IMG/VR virus record: IMGVR_UViG_3300013126_000026
Location: 4,337-68,336 of that record
From: a virus
DNA: 64,000 nucleotides
Reading direction: 5' to 3' (one strand)
Positions 9,721 to 20,203 of the stretch are shown here, one piece after another (the first letter of the stretch is position 1; the number at the start of each line of letters is the position of its first letter). The notes beneath the pieces are model-generated. The model saw only the letters and a program-made list of their open reading frames with translations, ran no database searches and was not told where the DNA came from. Made by a program: the position numbers and the translations under genes.

Positions 9721-11268
9721 TCAAGACTTTTTGCGTTTTTCTCTACCCACACTTGGTTCTGGGGTCTTTTCTTTTTTACCTAATACACTTTTTGTTGTAA
9801 TGTCTTTAGCAGACTGTGTAAATTCTTCTTCATCTTCTACACTATCAATATCATCTACTCTTGGTTCGCCTGGTTCATAGCTTACACTATCATCTGTACG
9901 ACCTAATTTAAAACTAAACCCACCTGTAGTAGGTTCTTTGGCACTAGATTTATTTTCTAACGAAACTTTACCATCAAGTTTAGCTGGCCATTGTGTTTCA
10001 AAAGTAAACTCATATTTGTTTTTCTTTTGGTAATCAGTGTATTGCTGAACAAAATTCATTTCTAAAATTTCAAGAACCATAGCCCTAAATTCGGGCAGTG
10101 CTTCTTTATTATTAATAGCATCAGCAACTTCACGCTTAATAGCATATATAATTTTACCACCTGGAGTTGCCGTTTGACTTGCCACACTTCCTAAAATACT
10201 ATTCCATTCATTACCAAATGGTATTTTTTGTCCTTTCAGACTGGCAATTAATTTTTGTTTAAGTTCAGGATTTTTTCTAAATGGCAAAAAATTATGCCAA
10301 ACTTTATCAATTGATTTTGAATTTGCTTTATAAATTAAATCCATAGCATCAAATGCTTGGTCTAATGTACCTCTTTCTTTACATAACTTAACTAATTCTA
10401 CACCATTTTTTAGTTTAGGATCCTGCTCAATATGAGGAGGAATCTTTAAACCTGATATAGCAGGGGCTGCTCCACCGTCTTTGCCCTTACTTGATATATT
10501 AATATTATGATTAGTGTTTGGGTTACTTATCATACCAAAACTATCTGCCAAAGCAAAATTACTTGCTGATGGAAATTTTACAACTAATTCATCTGTAGAC
10601 GCACCTAACCATTCTTGGAAAGCTGCCCTCTTTGGAAATCTTGATCTACCATATAATAATGCTAGTACTCCCAAATACTCACCGGCATTATCTTGTATTG
10701 CTGCTCGTAGCTTATCATTTTGAGCAGTTTCAGGGCTAATTGATACTGACTCACCTGAAACAATATATCCTGCTAATTGTATAACGATCTTGCCATAATC
10801 AGTACTATTAAGTACAGGATTGCTTACTATGGTTTCATAAAAATCAGTAGCAGGTATGTCTCTATCTGTTATCCCAATTGCCTTTGGTGTCAATGCGTAA
10901 CTTGCTTTTCCACCTTGTGCTTGTGGCTCATCTAATCCTACACTAGCACCACCAAACTCTGTTGTCTTAAGTAATTTACTAAGTGGCATAACATTTTTGC
11001 CATTGTAATTTTCGCCTTGTGCTAATTTTATAAACTGAGCTTCCTTACTATCAGTAAAGTTTTCTATATCAGGATCCCATAATTGTTGATAACGCTCTGC
11101 TTCACTGGGGTCGATCATAACCTCTTGGTTATCTACTGTGGTAAATTTTCTTTGAGCAGCTATTTTTTTAATAAAAGAATCATAACGACTAGGTCTATTT
11201 TTAAACTCACTAGCAGCCAATGTAATACCCTCACTGAGGAAATCTATTAAATTAATTAAATCACGCAT
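9721..11268 (-). CDS. Hypothetical protein, possible PD-(D/E)XK-like fold
   Basis: Long ORF; GE...LADS...ISSKG. Confidence 0.6.
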   Translation of the reverse strand: MRDLINLIDFLSEGITLAASEFKNRPSRYDSFIKKIAAQRKFTTVDNQEVMIDPSEAERYQQLWDPDIENFTDSKEAQFIKLAQGENYNGKNVMPLSKLLKTTEFGGASVGLDEPQAQGGKASYALTPKAIGITDRDIPATDFYETIVSNPVLNSTDYGKIVIQLAGYIVSGESVSISPETAQNDKLRAAIQDNAGEYLGVLALLYGRSRFPKRAAFQEWLGASTDELVVKFPSASNFALADSFGMISNPNTNHNINISSKGKDGGAAPAISGLKIPPHIEQDPKLKNGVELVKLCKERGTLDQAFDAMDLIYKANSKSIDKVWHNFLPFRKNPELKQKLIASLKGQKIPFGNEWNSILGSVASQTATPGGKIIYAIKREVADAINNKEALPEFRAMVLEILEMNFVQQYTDYQKKNKYEFTFETQWPAKLDGKVSLENKSSAKEPTTGGFSFKLGRTDDSVSYEPGEPRVDDIDSVEDEEEFTQSAKDITTKSVLGKKEKTPEPSVGREKRKKS

Positions 11269-11277
11269 AATATATAT

Positions 11278-11763
11278 TTAGCACTTTAGTAAGTTTTGTT
11301 TATTGAACCATATTATACTATGTACTACTTTTTTTAATGGTATTTGGTGTTTTAAAAACTTCTTTCTGTGGATATAAAAAGTTGGCCCATGACTCATAAA
11401 TGGTTCTAATCCTTTTTTTATTCGCTTATATCCAAGTATATCCCATTGATATTGATGGGCCATTTCATGTGCTATAATCATAATTAACCATTGTTTACAG
11501 AAATGATTTTGTGTAACGATTAATTCACATCCTGATTTATATTTTGTAGGATTTTTTGTCCCTACACACATACCCCAATAATTTGTTATTCTATTTTTAA
11601 CTATTATTTTAGGAGTATGAAGTTTATCATTGAATAGTTCTGTATTAATAATCTTATATAATTTTTTAACCTCAGTTAAACTTGTTTTGTATGACTTTCG
11701 TTTTTGCTGACTTATAGTGGGAAGTTCGCAATTCATTAAATCTGTCAATTTGGAAGTTCTCAT
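11278..11763 (-). CDS. SprT-like zinc metalloprotease
   Basis: HEMAH and HGPTF motifs. Confidence 0.8.
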   Translation of the reverse strand: MRTSKLTDLMNCELPTISQQKRKSYKTSLTEVKKLYKIINTELFNDKLHTPKIIVKNRITNYWGMCVGTKNPTKYKSGCELIVTQNHFCKQWLIMIIAHEMAHQYQWDILGYKRIKKGLEPFMSHGPTFYIHRKKFLKHQIPLKKVVHSIIWFNKQNLLKC

Positions 11764-11770
11764 ATAAATA
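11763..11770 (+). promoter_or_regulatory. T4-type late promoter TATAAATA
   Basis: Exact consensus upstream of the AGGAG SD of ORF 11790. Confidence 0.6.
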
Positions 11771-11789
11771 TTTATTTAGGAGACACAAC

Positions 11790-12116
11790 ATGGAAATACT
11801 AATTGTAGTAGTCATATTAGTTATTGCCGTTGGAGCATATCTTTATTACAAGAACAAACTAGATACAAACAAAGATGGACATGTAAGCAAAGAAGAAGTA
11901 GCCCCAGTAGTAGAAGAAGTAAAAAAGGAAGTAGTTGAGGCTGTAAAAGCAGCAGCCGATGTTAACAAAGATGGTAAAGTAGATATTAAGGATGCTGTTG
12001 AAGTTGTGAAAAAAGCTAGAACTAAGAAAGCTCCAGCTACTAAACCAACAACTGAAAAACCTGCTGCTAAAAAACCAAGCAGACCAAGAAAACCCAAAAT
12101 GGCGGTAGCAAAGTAA
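11790..12116 (+). CDS. Membrane-anchored protein with EF-hand-like DxNxDG motifs and Lys/Pro-rich tail
   Basis: TM segment, DTNKDG and DVNKDG, basic C-terminus. Confidence 0.7.
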   Translation: MEILIVVVILVIAVGAYLYYKNKLDTNKDGHVSKEEVAPVVEEVKKEVVEAVKAAADVNKDGKVDIKDAVEVVKKARTKKAPATKPTTEKPAAKKPSRPRKPKMAVAK

Positions 12117-12824
12117 TTGAAGGAGATTGGTTTTGACATTATTAGTGATCTTTACCTAAGCCCAGATGATAGTTTTAACTGGGAAGGTAAAGCCACTAGT
12201 TTATATTGTATTGTAGCTGGTAATATAACAAATGATACAAGAACACTTATACTAACGTTAGCACACTTAAGTAAATTTTATCAAGGTGTGTTTTTTACTA
12301 CAGGTCCACACGATCTTGAAAACAAAGCTAATATACAAGATTTTAACTTACGATTAAGCAATAGCTTTAACAAAATACAAAATGTTAGGTCATTATATGA
12401 CAATTTAGTTATACTTGACGGTGTTGCACTAGTCGGAATAAATGGTTGGTATGGTGTTGAAAGAGATTTAGAAAAAGAACAAAACGCTCATAGTGATTTA
12501 GGATACCTTTATCATAGTATAAAAGATATTCAAAAACACTTAAATGTAAAAAGAGTAATTGTTGTAAGTGGGTGTGTACCTGGTAGAAGTTTATATTTTA
12601 ATGAAGAACCTAGTATAATAGAAACACAAATGCCACTACAATCTATATTAGCAGCAGATACAGAATTTAAGATTTCACATTGGATATTTGGTGGACTCAA
12701 AAAACAAGTGGATACGCAAATTGAAGGTATCCACTATATAAGCAATCCATATTATAAGCGCACATTAGACCCAAAACCTATACAAACGATTAATTGGGCT
12801 AAACGTATTGCTATTGATGTTTAA
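12117..12824 (+). CDS. Metallophosphoesterase-like protein with degenerate motifs
   Basis: ISDLY, VAGN, GPHD, HWIFG resemble calcineurin-like motifs. Confidence 0.65.
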   Translation: MKEIGFDIISDLYLSPDDSFNWEGKATSLYCIVAGNITNDTRTLILTLAHLSKFYQGVFFTTGPHDLENKANIQDFNLRLSNSFNKIQNVRSLYDNLVILDGVALVGINGWYGVERDLEKEQNAHSDLGYLYHSIKDIQKHLNVKRVIVVSGCVPGRSLYFNEEPSIIETQMPLQSILAADTEFKISHWIFGGLKKQVDTQIEGIHYISNPYYKRTLDPKPIQTINWAKRIAIDV

Positions 12825-13132
12825 GCATTCTCTGGTTCTACTTTAATTTGTAATGGGTACCCATGAGCCCTAGCATCAATAGTGACCTCAATACCCTTTT
12901 GTTCAGCAATTTCATATGGTAAAACTGCTACTACAGCACTTCCTTTATCGTGTATATCGAGTGTAATTGTTTTTGCTGTTTCATCAGTGTAATGAAAATA
13001 TTCTACTAATGAACTTACAACAAATTCCATTGTTGTATGATTATCATTAACATAAATGATTTTATACAATGGTGGTTCTTTTAATGCTAAATTTGGTTTA
13101 ATTTTTGTTTTAGTATCAGTGCCTGTAGCCAT
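12821..13132 (-). CDS. clpS: Clp protease adaptor ClpS
   Basis: EPPLYKIIYVNDNHTTMEFVV...IHxKG...YEIAE. Confidence 0.93.
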   Translation of the reverse strand: MATGTDTKTKIKPNLALKEPPLYKIIYVNDNHTTMEFVVSSLVEYFHYTDETAKTITLDIHDKGSAVVAVLPYEIAEQKGIEVTIDARAHGYPLQIKVEPENA

Positions 13133-13189
13133 TTTTCTACCTTTGTTAATTTGTGAGCATACAAACGTATGCTCACATACACTATTATA

Positions 13190-13633
13190 TTATTTATTAA
13201 ATGCAATAGCAATTTTCTTGGGTTTATCTTCTTCAGGTACTACACGCTGAAGGACAACTGTTAATATGCCATTCTCAATAAGAGCACTGGAAACTTCAAC
13301 ATAGTCACCAAGAATCCAACTACGTACAAAACTACGTGCGCTAATACCACGATGTAGATATTCTTTGTTTTCATTGATATCAGTAGCTTTTTCGCCACGT
13401 ACAATAAGTTGTTTTTTCTCAACTTCTACTTCAATTTCCCCATCTTTGAAACCAGCAACTGCCATTTCAATACTAAACTTATCCTCATCATGTTTCACAA
13501 CATTATATGGTGGATAGTTAGTTTGGTTCTGTGCTGAAGTAGCACGTAGTAATTCATCAAAAATTGAATCGAAACCGATACCAAATTTATGAATTGAAGG
13601 AATGTCTAAGGAACGTAATGTAAGATTTGTCAT
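13190..13633 (-). CDS. ibpA: Small heat shock protein Hsp20 (IbpA-like)
   Basis: IGFD, NYPPYN, AVAGF, YLHRGIS, NGIL. Confidence 0.93.
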   Translation of the reverse strand: MTNLTLRSLDIPSIHKFGIGFDSIFDELLRATSAQNQTNYPPYNVVKHDEDKFSIEMAVAGFKDGEIEVEVEKKQLIVRGEKATDINENKEYLHRGISARSFVRSWILGDYVEVSSALIENGILTVVLQRVVPEEDKPKKIAIAFNK

Positions 13634-13707
13634 GTTATTCTCCTTTATTAAGCAAGTATGACGTTTGAATGTAAACCCGACTATCGGCGTCTACACCTGT
13701 ATTTATA
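13634..13707 (-). promoter_or_regulatory. Late promoter TATAAATA plus ROSE-like structured 5' UTR of hsp20
   Basis: TATAAATA 13707-13700; hairpin TGTAGAC/GTTTACA; CTTGCT able to pair with the AAGGAG SD. Confidence 0.55.
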
Positions 13708-13737
13708 TTAACAAAATTGTGTAAAAAAATCTACTAT

Positions 13738-13992
13738 TTAGGTTAAATAGAACAACTCAACAATGATTGCCAAAGTGAGTAGGATAAGCAGTCCAACCTG
13801 TTTTCTTCGTGTTAATTCTTGAGTGATTAATTCAATATCTTCAGGTGCCATGTTCGTACGAACTTCTTTGGTAAGACTTTGACTGCCCGAAATAATCAAT
13901 GACAGTCCGATTATAAAAATAATTGTTAAAACAAAATATAACATTAGAATAATTTTTTGGGAAGTTGTTGACTTGCTAGATATTTTTTCCAA
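13738..13992 (-). CDS. Hypothetical membrane protein
   Basis: Two TM segments. Confidence 0.55.
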   Translation of the reverse strand: MEKISSKSTTSQKIILMLYFVLTIIFIIGLSLIISGSQSLTKEVRTNMAPEDIELITQELTRRKQVGLLILLTLAIIVELFYLT

Positions 13993-14165
13993 CGTTTTTC
14001 AGCATAAGATTTAGCTATTTTACGCTTAACGCTTGGTTTTGTAAATTGCTGACGGGTTTGTAGTTCTAGAAGCATGTTGGACTCTGATATCTTCTTCTTA
14101 AACTTTCTTAAAGCCTTTTCAAAGTTATCATCCTGTACTAAAACCTTTCTGCCTTTTAAAATCAT
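13944..14165 (-). CDS. rpsU: Ribosomal protein bS21
   Basis: FEKALRKFKKK...FTKPSVKRK. Confidence 0.88.
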   Translation of the reverse strand: MILKGRKVLVQDDNFEKALRKFKKKISESNMLLELQTRQQFTKPSVKRKIAKSYAEKRWKKYLASQQLPKKLF

Positions 14166-15352
14166 ATTACGTTTGGATTCTTTACTAATTCACGTGAAAT
14201 ATTTATCTGTTTTATGTTTTTTTCTTTATATATGCTTATATTATACATATGTGGCATTAGGACTTTTTCTATTTCTGTATGTAACCCACGTGCTCCAGTT
14301 TTAAGTGTAATACAATTATCAGCTAATTGTTCAATAGCCTTACTATCAAAAGTAAGCTCAATATTATCTAAACTAAACAAGTATTGATACTGTTTAATAA
14401 AGTTATTTTTTACTTCAGTTAGTACTTTAATCATTTCTTCTTTACTAAGTTCTTGTAATGTAATAGTAGTAGTAAATCTACCAATGAATTCAGGAATCAT
14501 TCCATAACGTGATAAATCGTCTGGAGTAATTTCATCTAGTCCAATATCATCAGTTTTACTTAGAACTTCAGCACCGAACCCAATTGTACTGCCTCTTATA
14601 CGATTTTTTATAATATCTTTTAGTCCAACAAACGCACCACCTGAAATAAACAATATGTTAGTGGTATCTATTTCAATCATTTCATTGTTGGGATGTTTTC
14701 TACCACCACTAGCACTAATTCTACAACGTGTTCCTTCAACTAACTTTAATAATGCTTGTTGTACGCCTTCCCCAGATACATCACGTGTAATACTAGTATT
14801 CTCACTTTTTCTAGCAATCTTGTCTATTTCATCAATAAAAACAATGCCACGTTGTGCTAGTTCTTTATCACCACCTGCGGCACTTAATAACATACTAATC
14901 ATGCTTTCAACATCATCACCAACATATCCAGCTTCAGTAAGTGAGGTAGCATCAGCAACTACAAACGGTACGTCTAAGTATTTGGCAACTGTTTTAGCTA
15001 ATAATGTTTTTCCAACACCAGTTGGTCCAACTAACATAACATTACCCTTGCTAATTGTAAAATCTTTTGGAGGAGATTTAATACGTTTATAATGATTGCT
15101 AATAGCAACACTTAGTACCATTTTAGCACTATCTTGTCCTATTACATGTTCATCTAAATAATTTTTTATAGCAATAGGATCAAATGACTTTTCAGAATTT
15201 TTACTAGGTTCTGATGTTTCATCTGTTAATAAATTATTACATAATTCTATACAGTCACTACATATAGCAACTTCATCACCTACTATTAATTTTTTTACAA
15301 CATCTTTGTGATTGCCACAAAAGGAGCAATGGCTTATTTTAGAATCTGACAT
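14162..15352 (-). CDS. clpX: Clp protease ATP-binding subunit ClpX
   Basis: CSFC zinc finger, GPTGVGKT, TEAGYVGDD, DEIDK, RDVSGEGVQQ, IGF loop. Confidence 0.97.
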   Translation of the reverse strand: MSDSKISHCSFCGNHKDVVKKLIVGDEVAICSDCIELCNNLLTDETSEPSKNSEKSFDPIAIKNYLDEHVIGQDSAKMVLSVAISNHYKRIKSPPKDFTISKGNVMLVGPTGVGKTLLAKTVAKYLDVPFVVADATSLTEAGYVGDDVESMISMLLSAAGGDKELAQRGIVFIDEIDKIARKSENTSITRDVSGEGVQQALLKLVEGTRCRISASGGRKHPNNEMIEIDTTNILFISGGAFVGLKDIIKNRIRGSTIGFGAEVLSKTDDIGLDEITPDDLSRYGMIPEFIGRFTTTITLQELSKEEMIKVLTEVKNNFIKQYQYLFSLDNIELTFDSKAIEQLADNCITLKTGARGLHTEIEKVLMPHMYNISIYKEKNIKQINISRELVKNPNVI

Positions 15353-15388
15353 GAAAATTATTTATAAATCAAAAGTTTACCTGCAGAA

Positions 15389-16954
15389 TTACTTAGTCTT
15401 TTTAAGAAATTCCTCTATTAACTGCTTTTCTGCTTCAGTTAACAACTCAACATCATATCGACCAGCGTCAATCTCAGTTATCAAGTATTCAATATATTTC
15501 TTATCAAGTAAATAAGAATCGGTATTTTGTTTAAATATTTCTATCCATTTACTTCCGTGATACTTAAACACACGATTTGGTAATACGTCAACACGCACAA
15601 ACATATCACCCTTTGACGCATACTTTGGAAATTTGGTACCAAAATTAGTAGAAATTTGTGATGTACTATCAGCAGTTAATCTAAACATCTCTGGGTATAG
15701 TGATAAGGCAGCACTTCTGCTCATTGACTTATCACCATATGTTATGTATCCACCATCAGTTTCTTTATAAGGAAGTGGTTCTGTAACATTTTCAGTTTCA
15801 ATAATAACTTCAGGTTTCTGCTCGACCTCTATAGTAGGTTCAGGTTCCATATACTCAACTGTATTATAAGTTGTACAACTTGTATTTGAACAAAATAACC
15901 CTAAATTACCAACTTGTTCTAATGGACTATTACATACATTACAATGTATTTGTTCAACTTCTTTTTCTGTAACCTCAGGGTTATATACTTGATGTCCAAA
16001 CAACTTTATCCCAGGTACTTTGTCCACCCATTTTTTATAAAGATAGGCTGGCTCTACCTGTTTAACAGGCTCTTCAACTACTTCTTCCTTAGGTTCATTT
16101 ATAGGTTCTGTAACCTTTTCTATTTCTTCAGGTTTAGTTTCTACAGTTGGTTCTTCTATAAGTGTGTGAGTAATTGTTGGTTTTTCTTTATCCCAACGTC
16201 TACTACTATTCGCAGCTAATACTAATGTTAATGCTAATGGATCAAAAACTAATACAATTAGTATAATGACCCAACGTACAGCACGTTCTAATAAGTTAGC
16301 ATCAGGATTATCACCATATATTAGTGCTGCTATATACTTAATCGGACCGACTTCGGCTTCAACCTTGCGTACTTCTGCCGCAATAGGTGCCCTTGCTTCG
16401 TTAAGTTCAGTAATCTTTTTCTGCTCGGCTTCGATATCACTAAGCAGGCGTGTGCGTTCTCTAGCCTGAGAGCGTCGAACCTGTACTGCCTTATCGGCTC
16501 CTTGTTCAGTCGTTGAGCGGCCCATTGTTTGGTCCACTGCTTCATCCAATTGTTTAAGACTACGCCTATTAGCATCGATGTTTTCCTTGGCTATTTTAAT
16601 TTTTTCATCAAACAATGCTATCTTAGCTACTACATCACCACTCACTAAACTTTGGTCACTATGTGCTTTACTTAAAAAACCAAATATTCCCATGCTGGTT
16701 AAAAGGGCAAGTGCTATAACAGATGTTGCCAAATATAATTTCATTGACCATTTTACACGGTCCCAATATTTGTGTAACCATACTGTAGTAACTACTTTAC
16801 TAAGTTCAAGCGCACCGCCCATTATAATAATAGGAATTACAGCAGCACTAAAAATAGCAATTAATCCTGCTATACTATACCATGCTGCTATACCGCTTAA
16901 CGATAATGCTACAACAAGTGTGAGATTAGTAAGGTTGAATATTTTAGAGAACAT
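15389..16954 (-). CDS. Membrane-anchored coiled-coil phage protein
   Basis: N-terminal TM segments, coiled coil, EVGPIKYIA, VFDPLA. Confidence 0.75.
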   Translation of the reverse strand: MFSKIFNLTNLTLVVALSLSGIAAWYSIAGLIAIFSAAVIPIIIMGGALELSKVVTTVWLHKYWDRVKWSMKLYLATSVIALALLTSMGIFGFLSKAHSDQSLVSGDVVAKIALFDEKIKIAKENIDANRRSLKQLDEAVDQTMGRSTTEQGADKAVQVRRSQARERTRLLSDIEAEQKKITELNEARAPIAAEVRKVEAEVGPIKYIAALIYGDNPDANLLERAVRWVIILIVLVFDPLALTLVLAANSSRRWDKEKPTITHTLIEEPTVETKPEEIEKVTEPINEPKEEVVEEPVKQVEPAYLYKKWVDKVPGIKLFGHQVYNPEVTEKEVEQIHCNVCNSPLEQVGNLGLFCSNTSCTTYNTVEYMEPEPTIEVEQKPEVIIETENVTEPLPYKETDGGYITYGDKSMSRSAALSLYPEMFRLTADSTSQISTNFGTKFPKYASKGDMFVRVDVLPNRVFKYHGSKWIEIFKQNTDSYLLDKKYIEYLITEIDAGRYDVELLTEAEKQLIEEFLKKTK

Positions 16955-17200
16955 TCAATTATTTAGCGAGTTATCTCCATCAATATCAGTAGATAATCCA
17001 AACAAGTGGCCGTATGAATCTAAGAACTCTTTTAATGGAAATACTAATTTTCTCGGAATGCCTGGTCCTTGTGTTATATGAACAGTAACTAATATATCTT
17101 CTTCACTACGGCTTTTAGCTTGTATTACTTCTATCTTGTCACCATCAGGAAACTTATAATGTTTCCCGATGATTGGTTTAATGATATCGATTGGTTTCAT
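16955..17200 (-). CDS. Hypothetical protein
   Basis: ORF abutting its neighbours. Confidence 0.65.
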   Translation of the reverse strand: MKPIDIIKPIIGKHYKFPDGDKIEVIQAKSRSEEDILVTVHITQGPGIPRKLVFPLKEFLDSYGHLFGLSTDIDGDNSLNN

Positions 17201-18531
17201 TTCTTTTTCTTAATATGATGTACTGAAAAATCACCATACTTACCTGACCAATCACCACCGTAATTTTCTAATTCTTCAGTATTATACTTAACTGCTTTGA
17301 TGTGAGTATTGCCTTCAAAATCAAATGTTTCAAAAGTTAAGTTTCTTAAGTCAAATACCTCACCCTCGGGCACTTCGACATTTGATTCAAAGTATGTACC
17401 TTTACCGCCTTGTGCCCAATATACATAATAACCTGGCTTAAGATCATATTCCATGTAAAATTCTTCAACTTCAACCATAGCTTCATAACTTTCTTCGCCA
17501 TGAACACTATCAACAAATTCACCTAATTCTTGGCTTATAATTTCATTACCATCATTATCAGTAATTACGATATAGCAGTAACTATCAGCTCCGAACCAAT
17601 ATCCTTCATCACAGTAATCATTATAATATTCAAACTCAAATCTTGCTTTCTTTGGTACTTTGTTATCATCATAATCATAGTCACCATTCAATGCTTCATA
17701 GAGGTCCTCACTATGTTCACTCCAATAGTCATATTGTGCTTTGCTGATTTTATTAATGCCACGCTCTTCACCTCTGCCACGCAATTCTATCTTAAAATTG
17801 CCTGGACCATATGATGGTACTAGTCTAACTTTTTCTTCAGTTGGTTCAGCATCTTTCCAAGGCCAAGCAGGTACACTATCTGCTAGTCTTTCACTTACAA
17901 TAGTCTCTAATTGATTTTTCAATTCTTCTTTATTGTGGATTTCATCTAACACTTTTTGTTGTTCAGCAAATTCCTCATCACTGGGAGGTGTACCTACATT
18001 TTCCATATCAATTTCTTCTAGTTCTTTATATAGCTTTTGTCTTTTTTCTTCTTCTAAAATACCTTCTTCAGTTAATTCTAACTTACTATCACACATTGGA
18101 CATACTTCTTCAGTATGATGAAATTCTAAATCATCTTCTTTATATACAGTCCCATCTATATTATAAAACTCGGTTCTACTTTCCCACTTAGATCCCTTCC
18201 AACGACAATTCGTACATTTATGTGTTTTGGGAGGTACATATTCTTCACGGTGTTTCCAATCTTCAACTTTGTATGTTACCTCATAACCACCTTTACGATC
18301 GGTCCACCAATCATCTTGGTCTAAGTAATCCCATTCAATGTCAATATTATTTTCGTAGGCATCTTCAATAACTTGATCAAGATCAACTGATCCATCAACA
18401 ATACCTTTTAACTTTTCTTCAAGTTCGTTTTCCTCTAATTCAGGATAAATTTCACCCAACAACTCAGTATCAAGTTCAAGTCCATAAACTTTTTCAACTT
18501 GATGCCACTCACTCTTTACAACCTTAACCAT
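17197..18531 (-). CDS. Acidic hypothetical protein with zinc ribbon
   Basis: CTNC...CPMC. Confidence 0.7.
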   Translation of the reverse strand: MVKVVKSEWHQVEKVYGLELDTELLGEIYPELEENELEEKLKGIVDGSVDLDQVIEDAYENNIDIEWDYLDQDDWWTDRKGGYEVTYKVEDWKHREEYVPPKTHKCTNCRWKGSKWESRTEFYNIDGTVYKEDDLEFHHTEEVCPMCDSKLELTEEGILEEEKRQKLYKELEEIDMENVGTPPSDEEFAEQQKVLDEIHNKEELKNQLETIVSERLADSVPAWPWKDAEPTEEKVRLVPSYGPGNFKIELRGRGEERGINKISKAQYDYWSEHSEDLYEALNGDYDYDDNKVPKKARFEFEYYNDYCDEGYWFGADSYCYIVITDNDGNEIISQELGEFVDSVHGEESYEAMVEVEEFYMEYDLKPGYYVYWAQGGKGTYFESNVEVPEGEVFDLRNLTFETFDFEGNTHIKAVKYNTEELENYGGDWSGKYGDFSVHHIKKKK

Positions 18532-18540
18532 ATAATTCTC

Positions 18541-18831
18541 CTAAAAGGGGCTGTATCTAATTGTATAATCCATACCAGCTTTGGTAGGAATGTGTTTTTT
18601 AACCAGTCTATTATAATTGCCTTTATACTTTAAACCAAGTTTATTGGGTGAATGACAAGCAAGATAATGTAATACCTTAAACGCTTTATTTAAAGCTTGA
18701 GGTTTATACTTATCTAAAATGTATTGTTGATATGGCACCCAGTTAAAACTTCTATGCTTTTGATGTTTCAAAAAAGCTTTGTGCTTATAACTGATCGGTA
18801 ATTGTAATGGTCTAAATTTACTTGTCATCAC
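18541..18831 (-). CDS. Hypothetical basic protein
   Basis: ORF. Confidence 0.55.
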   Translation of the reverse strand: MMTSKFRPLQLPISYKHKAFLKHQKHRSFNWVPYQQYILDKYKPQALNKAFKVLHYLACHSPNKLGLKYKGNYNRLVKKHIPTKAGMDYTIRYSPF

Positions 18832-20188
18832 GGAATCTTACAAAACGTGGGAAACGCAAACTATATGAACCATCACGGTTTTGTGTGATAATGTCACAAA
18901 GTATTTCTACAGTGCGCCCAACAACTAGGTTACTGTCTTCCCAATATGTGTCACGATCTTCATCACTATATCCACTGCCAACATTGACTTGAATGAACTT
19001 CCCGTCATCTTCACCCTCACAAATCAATGCTCCCAATCGTCCTTTGTTACGACCAGTGCCTTCTTGTAATCCTACTACTGTAAGGTCTACTGTAATAGTG
19101 GGCTTCCATTTCATCCAAAATGTATTACGCTTACATTCATATGGGGCATCCAAATCTTTAATCATGATGCCTTCAAACCCAGCATTCACTTGATCCTTAG
19201 CATAACGCATAAGTTGATCTTTACCTGCTGCAGTGTCCAAGTCTACCATAATATGTGGTAACAATTCAACATTAGGCATATCATCAATAATTGCTCGCAT
19301 ATCCTCAAGGATTTTAATACGCTTACTTAATTGAGCGTTCCAATGTCCCTCAGAAAAAGCAACTAATGGGATAATATCAAAGATATTGAATACACTATCC
19401 TCAGCTTGAACATTTTCCTTGCGTCTTGCCTGCCGCATCAACTCCTGAAAACTATTACCAATCACTTCGCCGTCAAGTACAAAACCCATGCTAAGATTAC
19501 TTGTACCTGCTTTGCGAACAAGTTTATGAAAATTCTCGCCAATTTGTTGTTCAATATGTGTAAAGTTTTCAAATACTTTACCATTGCGACTATAACTGGT
19601 AACATGTATATCACCCTTATAGTTACCTGGGTTAACAATCATAAGTACACGAACGCCATCTAATTTTGGTTCTAGGCGTTTGGTACCGCGCATTTCAGGA
19701 CGACCTTCACTATTGGTCGCTAATTGACACCCAAATACTGGGATTTCGTAGTCAGTTCCCTTACAGATTTTATTGATTGTTTTTTCGCTAATACCACATC
19801 TTAGGTCACGACGGATGACTGGAGCACAAAAGTTATTCCATTCTATGCTATCAAATCTTTCGCTCATTTCATCAATAGCTACTAATGCTTTGTTACCTGT
19901 CAGACCACGCTGACCAAGCTCAGATAACAAGTCATCGAATTCATCCCATGGATTCTCAGCATCAGTAATGCCAACTGTGTCAGGGACTTTGCGTACTCCA
20001 AATGTTATATATGGATTGTAAGTAACTTTGGTAAGTGTAAGGAACTTGATAGCATTAATAGACCCCAATACCGCAGCCTCTAGTGCTTGTTTGATAACAT
20101 CCTCTTTGTGTAAACGACTATCGGATTCTTGTAACTTAGCGATCCACGAAGCACTCATATCTATTCCTTTTAACTTAACAATACCCAT
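18818..20188 (-). CDS. lig: ATP-dependent DNA ligase
   Basis: KLDG motif I, LDGEV, FDII, EGIMIK, KWK, SLRFPRF; true start probably MSASW. Confidence 0.95.
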   Translation of the reverse strand: MGIVKLKGIDMSASWIAKLQESDSRLHKEDVIKQALEAAVLGSINAIKFLTLTKVTYNPYITFGVRKVPDTVGITDAENPWDEFDDLLSELGQRGLTGNKALVAIDEMSERFDSIEWNNFCAPVIRRDLRCGISEKTINKICKGTDYEIPVFGCQLATNSEGRPEMRGTKRLEPKLDGVRVLMIVNPGNYKGDIHVTSYSRNGKVFENFTHIEQQIGENFHKLVRKAGTSNLSMGFVLDGEVIGNSFQELMRQARRKENVQAEDSVFNIFDIIPLVAFSEGHWNAQLSKRIKILEDMRAIIDDMPNVELLPHIMVDLDTAAGKDQLMRYAKDQVNAGFEGIMIKDLDAPYECKRNTFWMKWKPTITVDLTVVGLQEGTGRNKGRLGALICEGEDDGKFIQVNVGSGYSDEDRDTYWEDSNLVVGRTVEILCDIITQNRDGSYSLRFPRFVRFRDDK

Positions 20189-20203
20189 ATTATAGCACAG
20201 GGA

